Positions 1-14,345 of a stretch of 64,000 nucleotides of DNA are shown piece after piece. Below the pieces are notes generated by a model. It had not been told where the DNA came from and did not search any database. It saw only the letters and a program-made list of their open reading frames with translations. The stretch lies in the NCBI RefSeq assembly GCF_009914755.1, contig NC_060929.1. One strand, 5' to 3'. The translations under genes were made by a program, and so were the position numbers. This stretch comes from the human T2T-CHM13v2.0 reference genome, Homo sapiens. Numbering within the stretch: the first letter of the stretch is position 1; each line of letters begins with the position of its first letter.

Positions 1-908
1 TCTGTTCTTGGAGATCGTGGTTCCCTTCCAAGATATCTCAGAATAAGCAGAGGCCAGACCAAGAGAATAGGTCAAAGCAAGCTGCTGATTCACACCTAGA
101 TTCAAGTGTGTGGGCCTTTATTAAAAGTTTGTCCAATTTACAACCCCCTGACCAGAACAGTGCAGAATCTGGGCTGTAGCATGGCACAGCTAAGAAGTTT
201 CATGGACCTCAAAATTCTATGTCCTGATTATTTTGGTCCTGTTTAATTCCTAGGGAATAAACTAACTATATCCAGGTGGTCCTAGTACAACAAACATTAT
301 ATGGTGACAGGTACTATATTGCAACATTTCTCAGCCCCAGCTGATGATCAAGTTGTTTAAAGTATTTAAGCACAAACTACAGCAGGACTGAAAAATTGAG
401 GTGGCTCTTTGTACCACCTTTAATTGGCTTTAACTGGCATTTGTACATCCAGCTGCCAGCAAGTGCTTTAATTTTTATCATAAGCTCAACTTTCTGAACT
501 ACCTGCTATTTTAAAAGAAAAAAGATCAAACCCAGTGAGCTCCCCCAGGTACATACTGATAAGAAGAGGATTGTAGGACTGCCAATTTATTTTTGTTTTG
601 AAGAGTGGAGTTTCAATTTTAAAAAATGGAATTTAAGTGGAATTTGCCAGTTTTTTAAGTGGAAAATTGGCAGGTCTGACCTATTGGATAATTGCCTGGG
701 AGTTAAGAGAAAAAAAATTTTTTAACGAAATGAAGAGATTGTCCTAATCCACAAGGGCATCTTTCTTTGTTGTCTTCTCTGTGTTTTGAGACGTTTTCTT
801 TAGAGAAAGATTTGATGTTGTATCATTTTCAGTGTGAAGAAGTTCCACATTCATTTAATGTAACAAAGCCCAGATCACCTTGTTTGACTTGGAGCCTTCT
901 CATTGCAG

Positions 909-968
909 GTCGATCCGGGCCACAAATCCCTCCGAGCACACGGTGATCCTCGCAGTGGTTTCGCGAGT
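909..968 (+). CDS. PDE8B: PDE8B coding exon (ref. exon 4), 60 nt, REC-like domain: (R)[19 protein letters not shown](V)
   Basis: Acceptor ctcattgcag|G, donor AGT|gtaagt; phase 2/2; translation matches recalled PDE8B protein and joins in frame with the next exon. Confidence 0.96.
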
Positions 969-3312
969 GTAAGTGCACCTCCCATTCCCAGATGGAAGGA
1001 GTACTGTTCATTCTGAAATATTTGTCAGATGTAATCTGGTTTTTGAGCTATCTAAGCAATGGGTGTGTCTTGGGTCCTAGAACACCAGCCTTAGATCTTG
1101 ATCTTGCTTTGGGGGTTTTGTTTGTTTCACAAGTTCCTGGAAATATTTAGGTTTTTCTCTGTATCTTGTGTAATTGCCTTTAGCACCTAGTCATACACCT
1201 CAGGGAGAAAGTTTACTCATTATATGCCAAAAATGAATGGAAAATTTGAGGAGGAGGTGGTCTGGAGAAAACATTGTTCCAGTTTATCTCTTTTTTTTCC
1301 TTTGAAGAAAAGAGATGGGGATATGCTTGTTTTTCATTTAAGAAGAAACACATTTTTTTTCATATTCAAGCATGAGAACAAAGGGGCACTAAATCCACAA
1401 GACAAGGGTTGTGAAATTGATGTTGGGACTGATATGTGGCTAGAGGCAGGACAGTAGAGTTTATCCAATGCTGGAAGGCAAAGAAAAGGGATTGCGCTGT
1501 AGGTGCAATGAAACTGTAGGATGAGCGCTTGCTCTGCTGGGTTTATCGTCTGAAGTGGCCAGCACTTAAAATAAAAGAGCCAGCAGGAAGAAAAGTTGTC
1601 TGTGCAAGCTGCAGTGGTAGAAATCTTGGCAGGTAACAAAATTTGTTGTAGTCTTTTAATGGCTGTATTTAGCTTTGCAGAGAATAAGACCTTATTTAGG
1701 ACCTAGGACCTATTGGATTTGGCTGCATTATGGCATTTGGCACAAATTCTGCGACAAAGGCCAGGAAAGTCTGGCCCAGGGGACTTGAAATGCCTCATTC
1801 CAAAGCCATGTGGATACAACAGGAAATCATGGCTGCAAAGTCTTACCCTCACTGAAGACTCCTACTTACCTGCTACTCCTTGAGTGTCTCCCTAGGGGCT
1901 ATGTCTTCTCACTTTGTTTGATACCCACCATGGGATGTGGTCCAGAGAAAGCAGAGACATTGTCCTCACTGGTTCATTACACCTCTCCATCCTGGTGGGA
2001 GATTAAGATTCCACAGGGAATGAATGAGGGGAACTGAGACATAAGATCAGCATCCTTCAGCCCTCTTTTTTACATTTATCTTCTGGACACTCTGAGATCT
2101 GAATGAGGTCATAGAGTCTTGGACATCAATACCAGAAATGTTCAAGGCCACACAGCATTTTTCCCAAGCCTGGCTATTACACGGGTCCAAGAACAAAATA
2201 CTCTTGTTTTTCTGACTCATATGGCAAAAAGGTTTGCTAGTCCTTGACAAATAATGGTTGACTATGGCTTATTTGTTATGATGTCACCGATTTTTCCTGG
2301 TTTAATTATACAATAGTTCATATAGAGAGAGTAGTAATAAAATGAATGTGTGTGTCTATGTCACCCACTTAAGAAATAAAACATTATTAATACCCTTGGA
2401 ACCCTTTTTGTGGCCTTCCTAACAGTCAGAGAAGATAGAATTTGGAGTTCCAGAAGAAAAAGAAAGTGGGTAAAATAGCTTTTCCCTTAGGGCAGGAATC
2501 AGCTGTGGGTAATGCCACAAGTCAGCACTGGGACTTCTGTTCCTGTTTTCTATCTGCGTTTCCACCCAATCCCTTTTATTCCATTTTTCTTCCCTGGTTC
2601 TTAGGATATGTCCCCCATGTTACTTGCTGGCTGTCTCAGACACTGTTTCTCTATCTTGGTGATAGAGAGCCCAGTGATGGCATGTCTTCATGACAAGCCA
2701 ATCCACATCCCACCTTGTACTCAAACTAAAGTCCTGAGACTCAGCAGTAAGCTCACTATAGCAAACCCTCTTGTGAAATGAGTAGCAATTATCCATTTTT
2801 GTTTTCTCTCCTTCCCTTCTAACTGTGTGTTCCTGCTGATACTTCTCTCCCATTTGGATTGGGGGTCTTGCAGCCTGGAATGCTGGCTGTCTTCCTCATG
2901 TTGAGAGCTGGACCAGCTCGGTTTTGGTGTGGGAGTCATACTTCCAGATGGTTTGGGAACAATTGTCTCCGAATGAACAGTGCACGTAACATGTCCCTTT
3001 ATGGGACTGCTCCCATACATGTGGCTCAACCCCAAAGGGCAGCTGAGTTGGAAAGGGCCATTCATGTGTACTGAGGGTGATACCTCCAGGTACACTGCTG
3101 GAGCTTTCTCTGCTGTTTTTGTTCTTTTTGCATCTGGAAGGTAGATGTGGGGTCTGTATCCTTGAAGGCAGGTGTGCCCCGTGGGCACGTGCTCGTCAGG
3201 AAGCCACTCTTGGAGCTAACGCTGTGTGGCCTCATTGCTCTCTCTCCGTGTTTCAGTGTGAGGAATCCTGGTTTGTATCTGCTGAGTGACCACATTTTCT
3301 GCTTTGCTGCAG

Positions 3313-3370
3313 ATCGGATGACCATGAAGAGGCGTCAGTCCTTCCTCTTCTCCACGCAGGCTTCAACAGG
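3313..3370 (+). CDS. PDE8B: PDE8B coding exon (ref. exon 5), 58 nt: (V)SDDHEEASVLPLLHAGFNR
   Basis: Acceptor tttctgctttgctgcag|A, donor AGG|gtatgt; phase 2/0; in frame with both neighbours. Confidence 0.96.
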
Positions 3371-3805
3371 GTATGTACAAGATATCCAGCATCTCTCTCA
3401 GTTGCAGGCACCTTAACCCCTAACTCTCCCATAACAGGGAAGCAAAGCTGCCACGGAGAACTGTTAAGGAAATTAAGCCCCAGGACTGTTGGGGAAAGGA
3501 AGAAACTGTGTTCTCATGGGAGAGTAACGAGCAGCTGCCAGTCGAGCTCTTTGTGTTTTTGCTCTCTGGGTTATTTCCATATATCTTAGCAATAGATATA
3601 CAATGACATAAAAACACATCTTATTATATCAGACTAAAATTCTGTCATCCTAAAGTAATAAAGTAATCTTATTTAAATCAGTACAGTCAATTCGATTTAA
3701 TGTGTGTGTGATCATACATAGATACATCCACCAAATTGGCACCCAAGATTCTGTTCATCAGGGCTGGCCAGAGCTTCTACCCTAGGGACAGGCCCATGAT
3801 GACTG

Positions 3806-4438
3806 TAGCATCCTGTAAACTCCCGGTTGAAACCATTAACATCAGCAAAGAAAAATTCTTTGAGTGACAAACTACACAAATAACACTGAGATTCCACTTG
3901 AAGATTAAGAATTACTCCAAGGAAACTCACTAACAAACTAAATAACCAAGCTCACCCAGCATCTCAGGGTAGAAATTAGATTGGAGGCAAAGCTGTGTGC
4001 CTGCAAATGGAAAGGAACTGATAGAATGGACTTAAAAGAGAAGAAAGAGAAGAAAGGGAGGAGGAAAAAGATTATCAAAACATGAATGTTTAAAAGAACT
4101 ATATTCCCTAATATTAAAAAGAAAACAAGTCCTTATAGAGAAATTGTGGAAGACCTTACTTCATATTTTAATTTTTTTAACTAACAAATATATATATTAC
4201 TCCTATGTAAAAAGTAAAAGGTTTCCCTTAGGAGAATAATAGGATAGAGGACCATGGTTTACTTATACAGCTTTTGCTGATAATCTAAACGCAAGTAATC
4301 CTATAGCATCCTGTGACCTCCTGGCTTAAACTATAAACATCATGAATAACACTGATATTCAACTTGAAGATTAAGATTGGTTACTCCAAAGAGACTTACC
4401 AAAAAAACTAAGTAACTAGGCATACCCAGTGTCTCAAG
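3806..4438. repeat. Diverged local direct duplication (copies ~3806-3968 and ~4304-4438)
   Basis: Shared blocks tagcatcctgt, aataacactga, acttgaagattaaga, ttactccaa, aaactaa, acccag, tctca in the same order. Confidence 0.8.
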
Positions 4439-4466
4439 ATCTCTTGGTAAGAGTAATCTGAATCCC

Positions 4467-4763
4467 GGCCGGGCACGGTGGCTCACGCCTGTAATCCCAG
4501 CACTTTGGGAGGCCAAGGCAGGCAGATCACCTGAGGTTGGGAGTTCGAGACCAGCCTGACCAACGTGGAGAAACCCTGCCCCTACTAAAAATACAAAATT
4601 AGCTGGGCGTGGTGGCACATGCCTATAATCCCAGCTACTCAGGAGGCTGAGGCAGGAAAATAGCTTGAACCCAGGAGGTGGAGGTTGCGGTGAGCCAAGA
4701 TTGCAACATTGCACTCCAGCCTGGACAAGAAGAGTAAAACTCCGTCTCAAAAAAAAAAAAAAA
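4467..4763 (+). mobile_element. Alu (AluSp-like), full length
   Basis: ggccgggcacggtggctcac...poly(A); Sp-type ggagaaaccc and gcggtgagcc; perfect 18-bp TSD aagagtaatctgaatccc at 4449-4466 and 4764-4781. Confidence 0.95.
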
Positions 4764-6384
4764 AAGAGTAATCTGAATCCCAAGTAGGTGGAGTGATGTA
4801 TTTCTTAAAAAATAGGGTACTGCGTGTGCCTTGTGAATTATGAAAATCCTCTGTGTGCTTTAAGTAATGGTACTTTGCTACTCCTGGCTTAAAAATATAT
4901 ATATATATATATTCCTGTTAGTTGTAGACCACAGAGAAGCAAAAACTACCTTTGTGATGCAGTTGTTTTGTGCTTTGGTATGCTTCAGTGTGGAAGAAAG
5001 TGCTATAGAGAAGATTCAAGGTAGTCTAGTGGCTCACGATGCGTGATAGAAATGAATGTTTCCAGCTAGCAATATTTTTCACGCTCCTAACACTTTTTTC
5101 TTGTCTGTTATCTCTTCTCACAAAGGTTGGCATTTGGTTCTGAAAGCTATTCTTAGGTGCTATATCTTAATGAGAATGCATGAGACAATGCTTCTGAGTT
5201 TTTGGAATGAAGAGTTGCAAAAGAAAAATCAGCAAAGAAGCCATGTGGTTGAGACAGATTTTCTTTACTCACTCATTTTCTAAGAAATAGCTCTAAAATT
5301 ATTCACAGGCTTCATAGAACTTCTGTGTAATATTGACCCCCCGACTCTACCCCATTCCAATGTCATCCTTTTCAAGTTTGAGTTGGGACCTCATGGAGTG
5401 TGAGGACATAGATTTTCCTCATTACCTAGGAGATGATTGGAGAATGGCAATGACACACTGTGGGTTTTATCGATCAGGACCCATGTACGTGCTGTTGAGT
5501 GTCCTTTTGGAATTCTACCTTTAGTTCAGTGATCCAACCTCAAACTGGTCTAGAATTGCTGCCATCTGAAGCGATAGCATCTTGTCTGGAAGGCTGAGAT
5601 TGCACATCTGCTCACAGTTAGGAGAAACAACTGGAACTCTTTGGGTGCAAATGCTATTGAGAAAATTTAACCAAAGTTCCATTGTTTCCTTCTTACACAT
5701 TTTACAACCTGTCCATGGGGCTCTGGAAGGCTTCATTTTCCACTATCCAGACATGTTACTGTGTTTTGCAGTCAGCCTCAGTGAATAAAGCTTTGGGGGA
5801 GGGGCATGAACAGCGGTAGCTGTCAGGGACCACCTGGTGTTCTTCAGTGCTGGCCCTGATAGAGGCCATTTGCCCATTAGGTCAGGGTGCCCCCAGTAGC
5901 TTGGGCTCATTCCAGGAGAAGCACGCTGCACCTACAACAGCTCTCCTGGCATTACTGTGGCACACCATCAGCTGAGACTGATCTTCATGTGGTGGTTCTC
6001 CTTTTTTGGGCAAAATCCTGTCTTTCACAACTCTCTTCCCAAGCACCTTTTCAAATATGCCAGTTATCTTTGCCTTCCATGAAGTTGTTTCCCATCTCTG
6101 AGCTGGTTTGATTGTATTAGATTATCTGCTGAAACTCACCCCTGTGTTGCTAGCTAATTGGCTGGTGCTTCAGTCTGTGGTCCCTGAGTGGGGATCTAGG
6201 AACAAATTGTGCCATCACATATCCCACAACAACTCCCCTTGAAGGCTCTGGAGCTATGTGTAAGCAGCCGACTATATAGATGCTAATTCCATGCTGAGCC
6301 TTTTAGAAACCAGCATCTTAGCAAAGGACAGTTGCAACTGTTTTTATATCAACTTTATGTGCCTCTTTTTCTATTTGCAAAAAT

Positions 6385-6690
6385 ATTTGTTCAATTTAAC
6401 AAGTGTTTATGGAGTTCTGCCTCTGTGCAATGTGCTAGGCATGCCGGGGGCACAACTGTAGGACACAGTTCTCTGTGGAGAGGCCTTTTGTGGAGTAGGA
6501 AGTGGGGAGCTACGATTTATTGTCAGGCCCAGTTCCCAGTGATTTACTTAATCCTCCTCTACATATGAGGGATTTGATATTTTCTCCATTTTTGCAGAGG
6601 AGGAAACAGGCTCAAAACAACTAAACTTGCCAGAGCTCACACTCATGACAGAGTCCAGAAGCAAATACATGTTGTTTAACTCCAAACTCT
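6385..6690 (-). mobile_element. L2 3' fragment followed by a MIR fragment
   Basis: ttcaatttaacaagtgtttatggag...gtgctaggc (L2 tail); cattttgcagaggaggaaacaggctca (MIR core). Confidence 0.6.
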
Positions 6691-6711
6691 ATATTGGGTT
6701 CACTAAAGTTA

Positions 6712-6950
6712 GATTTCCCAAGCTAGTGTTCCACAGAACACCACTGTACCAAAAGCTATTAATACATGGTCCATGAAAAAAGCCTTCTATGATCAAATAA
6801 GTTTGGGGAATCAGTGAAAACTCAGTTTCCCCCTCCTCTCACACCTGAGAATCCACAGAGCACTTTTGCAACATTGCACATTAGCATTTTAAATACTCTG
6901 AGAAGTCCCATAGTAAAGAAACCTGCTAACTTTGTTTATCCCAACATTTT
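6712..6950. mobile_element. hAT-Charlie-type DNA transposon fragment
   Basis: tttcccaagctagtgttccacagaacac...aaataagtttggggaa...ctctgagaagtccc.tagtaaagaaacctg; resembles recalled Charlie consensus. Confidence 0.45.
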
Positions 6951-7445
6951 CTTTCCATTTTTTGCAAAAACTAATCCATGTTTGTTATAGAAAATACAGA
7001 TAAGCTAAAAATTAAAATTATTTATGCCACCAGCCTTTCAGATTTATTTGTAGGCAGAAATAGAAATGACTGTGTATTATTTACAAAACAGTGTCGTGAT
7101 ATACATACATATCTTTCTATGTTATTCCAGCATTTTCAAAACATATTTTATCATGGTTTTTTCATGTTTTTACAAAACATGAGCTAACAACTCCCTGAGT
7201 TCTGTTATAGGCTGATATATAGCTTTTATCCATCTAAAAGCTCAAATGGAATCTAACCATGTTTAACTTTGCTCTGTAAATCAAACAGAAAGTATTTCCC
7301 TTATGTGTATGTTTATGGCTTCCTCTCTTTCCTTAGCTCTTCCCAGCTTCCACGTAAGAATTGTGGAGGACCAGAGGCCCAGGGAAAGCCAGGGAGAAGC
7401 CAACCACTCCAGATATGTGGAGCCAACCACTCCAGTGTATATGTG

Positions 7446-7447
<2 letters not shown>

Positions 7448-7488
<41 letters not shown>
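7448..7488. repeat. Compound microsatellite (GT)~14(GA)~6
   Basis: Read directly from the sequence. Confidence 0.95.
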
Positions 7489-7489
<1 letters not shown>

Positions 7490-8109
7490 AAGGAGTGAGG
7501 AGAGGGATTGATTTTTTTCTCTGGCCAACTTGGGTGAAGGAAATCTAAGAAATACATCTTTCAGCAGGGCCTAGTATTCTCCTCCTCCACTTATATAGCT
7601 ACCGGAGAAGCAAAAGTATGTGACTAGTAGTTTGGAATACTTTGGAATTCTGCTTATCTTTCTACTTAATAGTTTGCCAGCCATATGCTTAGAAAGGTTT
7701 GCATGATATGTTTTTTTAATCAATTAAAATGCATAACATTTCCCCTTTCCTAAGTAGAATTGTCCTTAAATCTCTTCCCTTACTATTTTTTACTTGCTTT
7801 TTTTTCTGATTTCATTATTTCTCATTAAGTATTGATGTGATCATGTCAGAGAAGTGCTCAATTTCCTATATACCCTACACTGAATCACATAGCATATATA
7901 AGAAATGTAAACCAAATTACTTTGGGATTAAGTGAAAAAGGGCCTACTCCTCTTTAAACGCGGGACTTGAGCAGCTCATGCCTAGCATAAATAGGTGCTT
8001 CGTAGTTCTTTGATGAATGACGATGTGTGCTGCATTTTCTTCTATGTTATTATTTGCTTATCTATCTGTTCATTCATTCACTAAGTTTATTTATAAATAC
8101 ATGAAAGCC

Positions 8110-8700
8110 TTTTTTTTCAATTGAGATGAAACTAAAATTAGCCATTTTAAAGTGAACAATTCAGTGACACTTAGCACATACACAGTGTTGTGCAGCCACC
8201 ACCTCTCTCTAGTTAGAGTGAGAACCTGTTGCAAAACAAACAAGCAAAAAGCCATTTTCATCATTCCCAAATGTGTTCCCATTAAGCGGTCACTCCTAGT
8301 CCTCCTCCCCACAGCCCTGACAACCACCAGTCTGCATTCTGGCTCAATCAATTGACCTATTCTAGATATTTCATATACATGGAATCATACAATATGTGAA
8401 TTTTTCTGTCTGGATTCTTTCACTTAATACATTTTTCGGGTTCATACATGTTGTAGCATGTATCAGTATTTTATTCCCATTTTATGGTCAAGTAATAATC
8501 CATTGTATGTATACACCACAATTTGTTTATCTGTTCAATGTTGGACATTTGGGCTGTTTCTGCCTTTTGGCTATGGTGAATGATGCTGCTATGAACACAC
8601 ATGTATGAGTATTTATTTGAGTACTTGTTTTCAGTTCTTTTGAGTATATACCTAGGAGTGGAATTGCTGGATCATATGAGAATTCTGTGTTTAACTTTTC
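8110..8700 (-). mobile_element. Old L1M (L1MB-like) 3' end fragment
   Basis: Minus-strand [19 protein letters not shown]...FIAASFTIAKRQKQPKCP matches the L1 ORF2 C-terminus; typical L1MB 3' UTR text. Confidence 0.85.
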
Positions 8701-9099
8701 CCCTGCATTAGGCACTCAGAAAATTAGGAAGGAAGTAAAGAGTAGGCTCTCCCTTCCAAAGAGATCATTGATAATGTGGTGCACACTGAACATGCTGAGT
8801 GTTGGGTTTTAGATGATTTTATTAGTGCAATATGAAGCAAAGTGTTTCAGTCATTTACATGGCTGGGCAGGCATTCCGTGCTCTAGAGCATTCATAATGT
8901 AGTTTATTCTACCTTTGTTATGCAGGAAGTGAAGTGTACAGTATTACTTGCTCTGTTGTTTCTCATACATTTAAACAAGCACTTTGAACACCTTGACAGC
9001 TGTTTCATCTCATCTTACCTACTAATTGTCTTATATAACGGAGTTACCTGGGGATAGGAACAACTGTTAAGTTTCTCTATTTGACTCTCTAAGAAGTAA

Positions 9100-9240
<141 letters not shown>

Positions 9241-12200
9241 TGATACAGTAACATGAGGTTAACAATTCTTTAGAAAATCTTATCTGTCAACAGGCTGATG
9301 TTCAGGGGTTCATAGCTGAATCCCAGGGATTTTGAAGCTTTTAAACAGGCAATGAATGGCAGCTGGCCAACAGCAGTATCTAAACCAGAAGGCCCATTAT
9401 ATAAAGAAATAAATTGGAAGCATTTCTTCTTTTGACAGCATTTTCCACTATTTACAGAATTTTAAAATTGTAACCTGGGAAAATGCTTAATTTTTGCACA
9501 ATTAGATCGAGATTAGGAATAGCCTTGAGAATTATTTTCTACTTCCTACTTTCAATATTTATACATTTTTACTTGGATTGTTATGCATAGGGGCAAACTA
9601 ATGGCGATATTTATCATGCTAACCATAAAAATGGCTAAGTAACCACAATAGCAATTTTATTAAGTCTGTTTGTGGCCTCAATATGCATGAAGTAGCTTTA
9701 AGAAACCAGTTTTAAGTCTCTTTACAAGCATATAGTGTTTTAAGAGCAGGCTTGTCATTGGTGCTCAATTCCAGGGATGGGATTCTCTGCGTGTCTGGCT
9801 GCTGGCCAGAATGCTGGGCTGGGGGATGTTCTGCTCCTGGGCCCTCTTAGGAATATCAGGGTCCTAGCTCCTGCCTGGTTTTGCTCAGGCTCCACTCTGG
9901 CAGGCTTTTTGGACCCTGATGTTTTCCTCTCTTCTCAGCCAGAGAGCAGGGAAAGGAGGAGGCTCTTCTCCACCCGTGGGCCACTGCGGGGCCCAGTCCC
10001 CAGGAGCTTCAGGCTGTGTGATGCCAGAAAATTCTGTAGCATGGCCTCTCTCTCTGGCTGACTGAGAAGTCATGCATAGTTTGAGGCTCAACACAAAATA
10101 AGTAGGAGAGCATCCTATTATAGTAATTATATGCCTTATCTTGATTACTTATTGTCATTCAAAGACGACAAAATCCTTTTCAAACTTAATTATCCTCCGT
10201 CCCAGGGAGGCAAAATGAATCGACATAAACCCAGAGAAGCAGGTTCCCCTGGGGTGCACCCTGGTCAGGGAAGTCACTTTTTGGTGGGTAGAGTGATCTA
10301 AGAAATAAAGTGTGGGGATAAACAGTCACTTTCTTAGGTAGAAAAGTATTAAGAAAAGAATCTCAAACCAGTGGGAAATCAGATATTTTGGGACTTCAGG
10401 TATTTTTAACAGCCCTTGGTAAGAAATATTGCCAAAGACTTTTTGAGCGTATAAGTAAGCTAGATCCTGTGGTTTCTTTTTATGTGTATGTCAGCTTCAG
10501 AGAACTTCACAGAATTTTTCTAGAAACCCATGTTGCCTGTACTTCTGTAATTTATGCCTTTTAATAATGTAGATTAATTGTTATTATTCCTGGGGGTCTC
10601 TACTGTTTTTAATTGAAGGTTAAAAGACTTAGTACTTTTATTTTAGATGTTTACACAATAAATAGAATTAGAAAGAGGGGGATTTTACTGTGGTTTAATT
10701 CTTCAACTGTGTATTACCCACCATAAAAAATGAACAGCGCAACACCTCATTGCATTGACAGGCAATTCCATTATTTGATTTTAAATAAGTGCTTCTGGTT
10801 TTTTAGGCAACATTACATGTGATGGCATATGTTAGGTGCCAGGAGATGCCCTAATACAGATTCTGCAGTGCACATGGGGCACTGGGGGGCTGTCCCAGGA
10901 ATGTTAGGGGCACCTTGTCCATGATGAGCAGGGCAAAAGCAGGCCTGGAAATTTGAAATAAATATCCCCAGCCAACACAATAGCATAAAGAAAAGCCTTC
11001 AGGTTATTGTACTGCTGAAATCTGTTTAGAGCCAGGGCACCAAAGACTTTTTAAGGTCTTATCAGATTCAGAACTTTGCAAGTTTCTAAGTACATTATGT
11101 AAGTACTATACTTCTGACCCCTCACTTACTAGAACTGGTTGGGGGCATTGGACCCGTTGTTGAGGTCATAATGAAAAGGCTCAAGTTCTTACTACAAATC
11201 AGTGTCAAATTGGATAATGGACTTGACCCACGAAGGTAGTGGCCCCAGGAAAGAAGGTTTGCCTGGCACAGAGATTATCTTGCCTTCTGCACAAGTTTCA
11301 GCTGTTGCTTTTTGGTGGGTTCTGCCTCAACCTTATTCAAGTTATCGCCCTTTTGGGTGTGTGTGTGAACATGTGCATGATTTTATGTGCATATTCCCAG
11401 GTATTCTGTATCTAGGCCCAGCAGATAGGGGCAGTGACTCATGCCACGGCCTCTCCCCAGCTCCTTAGGGCACTCAGGGACATCTAGCACATATACCTGC
11501 ACCCCAAGGCAGGCAAGCAACTCTATCATTTGTTGCAGACTGGGAAAATGAGGCTCTTTATTATACAATGCTAGAATAATTATAGTCTAATTATATAATA
11601 CTTTCCCCTACAATTCCGCCCCCAGCTGCAGCTAAATATGTATCATTACTGTCATTCTGCAAGGACAGTCTGTACTGCAGGATGATGGTGAATGTTAAAG
11701 GTAGACACCTCTGCCTAGGTCCCATGTCAGGTGACCATATTTACTTAACCGAGAAACAAAAAGGATCACCTGATGTGATCAAACAGAAGATGTAGTCTAA
11801 TTTTAAGATTCTATTATATAAAATAACTTAAAGATATAAGAACTAAATCACATATCTGTATGCCTTTGATGAATTACTCTGTTGAATAGAAGAATTTATG
11901 AAATGGAGAGCGTCTAGGATAATCTAGATTAAATGATGACTATTTATCTCTTCTGATGTTCTTACACCTCTTTATCATGAAAAGATCTATTTTATCTAAA
12001 ATAAAGATAATTATTTAGCTACTTAGCAGGAGTTTGGGCTGATCGATATATACTAATGCAGTACCAGCTATTGTTTGATTCATTAGTCAGTCTAGAAGTT
12101 ACATCCAAGTCATTATGTTTATTTCACTCCAAATCTTAAGACAGTAGCAATCCTCAATTTTAGAAAGAATCAAAATTTTTGGTGGGCAAAACTCTGTATT

Positions 12201-12510
12201 CTGTGGAACACCACATCTCTCAGTATTAACAGACATTTGTAGAGCACTTTATTCTCATATGGGCTCTGCGTGATAGCCATTGTGTTTCAGGGGTGGAAAC
12301 TGAGCTGTGAAGGCTTAAAATAACCAGTCCCTATTGCTTTATTGCCCAGTAATGAGTGCCAACAAGTAACAAGGTCACGATCCTCTCACCTCTTCCACTC
12401 CCTGCTCCCAACTCATCCCAGACTCCTGCTGGTATGTGGACTTGTGTTCAGAATCTTTTCCCTACAAGCCACCGCCTTGCCCAGTCCTACCCTTGTTCCA
12501 GGCAGCCTCA

Positions 12511-12512
<2 letters not shown>

Positions 12513-12554
<42 letters not shown>
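12513..12554. repeat. (GT)21 microsatellite
   Basis: Read directly from the sequence. Confidence 0.95.
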
Positions 12555-12555
<1 letters not shown>

Positions 12556-14149
12556 GTTTTAGTGGAGTCTAGATAGAGCACTTTTGGAAGGGACACAGGA
12601 GATAATGTAACCCAACACCCTGGCCATGATTGACAGAGGAAAACACTGAGAACCATCACAGCTACTCAGCATGTTGGTGGCAGTGGTGGAGTAGAATCCA
12701 GGCATCCTGCTTTTTCAGTCTGGTGCACTTTCCACTCAGCATAGCACTATATTATTTATAGACTTTATACCTGGACCCCTGTAATATTTACCTTTTCTCT
12801 CTGGACCTTCGAGGGCTCTTAAGAAGGTGCAGGGAAAGTGGTGATATTACCTATACTTCATGGGTTCCCACAACTAGGTTACTTTTCCCTTGTGTTTCTT
12901 TTTTCTAGTTTTCCAACTTTTTAACCTGAAGAATAAAACATAAAGATACCTGAGACAAAAGAGTTATATGGTTCCCAAGAACAGATATTAATAAAGCTAA
13001 GGTTCTTCTGCCAGAAGAGTATGAATAATTAATACAAGCAATTAAGTTCTAAAACTCTAGAAACATGACTCAAGTTGATTATCTCATTTTGCTGCAGGTT
13101 TATTTAAATAGAACCATCAACCAAAGAGGTTGAGAGCCTGAATAAACGTTGTGGTCTGGTAGTGTTTGTTGTGGGGGGCAGGGGTGGGAAATAGTGTGTT
13201 CTTTCTACCAATATCCTTTCATTTCAACTGTTGATAAGCATTTACTTTGTCTTATGGGGCTTTATACTTATTGAAAATTTCATGCTTTGTGGATAATCAT
13301 AAAATGAATGTTTAATAAATTTTGGAGATTGGATCTAAGATCATGTATAAAGGCAACCTCTTGAATTGATGAAAATGATAATAGTCTGAAGTACCTGTTT
13401 ATATACTTAGTTGAAACCTGTTTACATAGTTAGAGAAAATACTTAGGCAAGAGAGGAATTTGTCATTTGATAAAATGTGTTAATTAAAGCTTAATTATCC
13501 AGCTCTCAAAATTAACAAATTAGTCCACATAGAGTGTGTTTCTCCAAGAGTGACTTCTGAAAGACAGCTGCTGCCCAGGAAATCCTTCCCTACAGTGCTT
13601 CGTCCAGTTTTGGACCAGGTGCCTGGAAAACACTGTTGATAAGACTAGCTCTTGCTGTCTCTTATGAGGCAGTGCAGTGACAAATTTGGTAGCAGTTTTA
13701 AAGCCCCCTTTTATTCTTGTTTCTTATTTTAAATTGTGTTTACAAGTGGTGGTACTAAGACAGTATACAGTTCAAATTAGGTAGACTGGAGCAATTTAAA
13801 TAAGAAAATATACTACTGCGCCTGTAAGCCATTTCAGTTGAGTTAGGTTAATATTCTCCTCTGCTCTTCTAACCCGTATCATGATTACTTGTTACACTTA
13901 CCTTCTCACACTGATATCTTCATTTCTGCAACTATAGGAATGGCGTCCTGCAGTTGGCTAAAATATTGCACTCCGCACGCATACCTCACTATTATTGAAT
14001 ACAGTTCTTGGTTTGACATTTCAGGTATACTTATGAGAAAAGATAGGTTACAATTCATTTTTTTCACCAAAGCCTTTTGAAAGCCTTAGAGAACAAAGAA
14101 GTATTACTCTGTGATCTTAAACATAACAACAGGTATCTACATGTGTTGT

Positions 14150-14345
14150 ATTCTCATATTGTCCCAAGCACTTCGAGAAATGCCTCACATAAACTATCTG
14201 TTTTGATCTTTACAAAAACCTGTGAAATACGTATTATTATCCTCATTTTATGGATGAGGAAACTGAGGGCCATTGAAGACAAAAAGTTGCCTCAGGTCGC
14301 ATAACTGGAAAAATACAGAGCCAGATTTCACCCAGTTCTTTCTGC
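14150..14345 (-). mobile_element. MIR
   Basis: attattatcctcattttatggatgaggaaactgaggg...ttgcctcaggtcgcataact. Confidence 0.75.

Noticed and set aside
2721-3416. Overlapping ORFs of 70-155 aa around exon 5
   Set aside because: No recognisable homology; the true coding part is the 58-nt exon in a different frame
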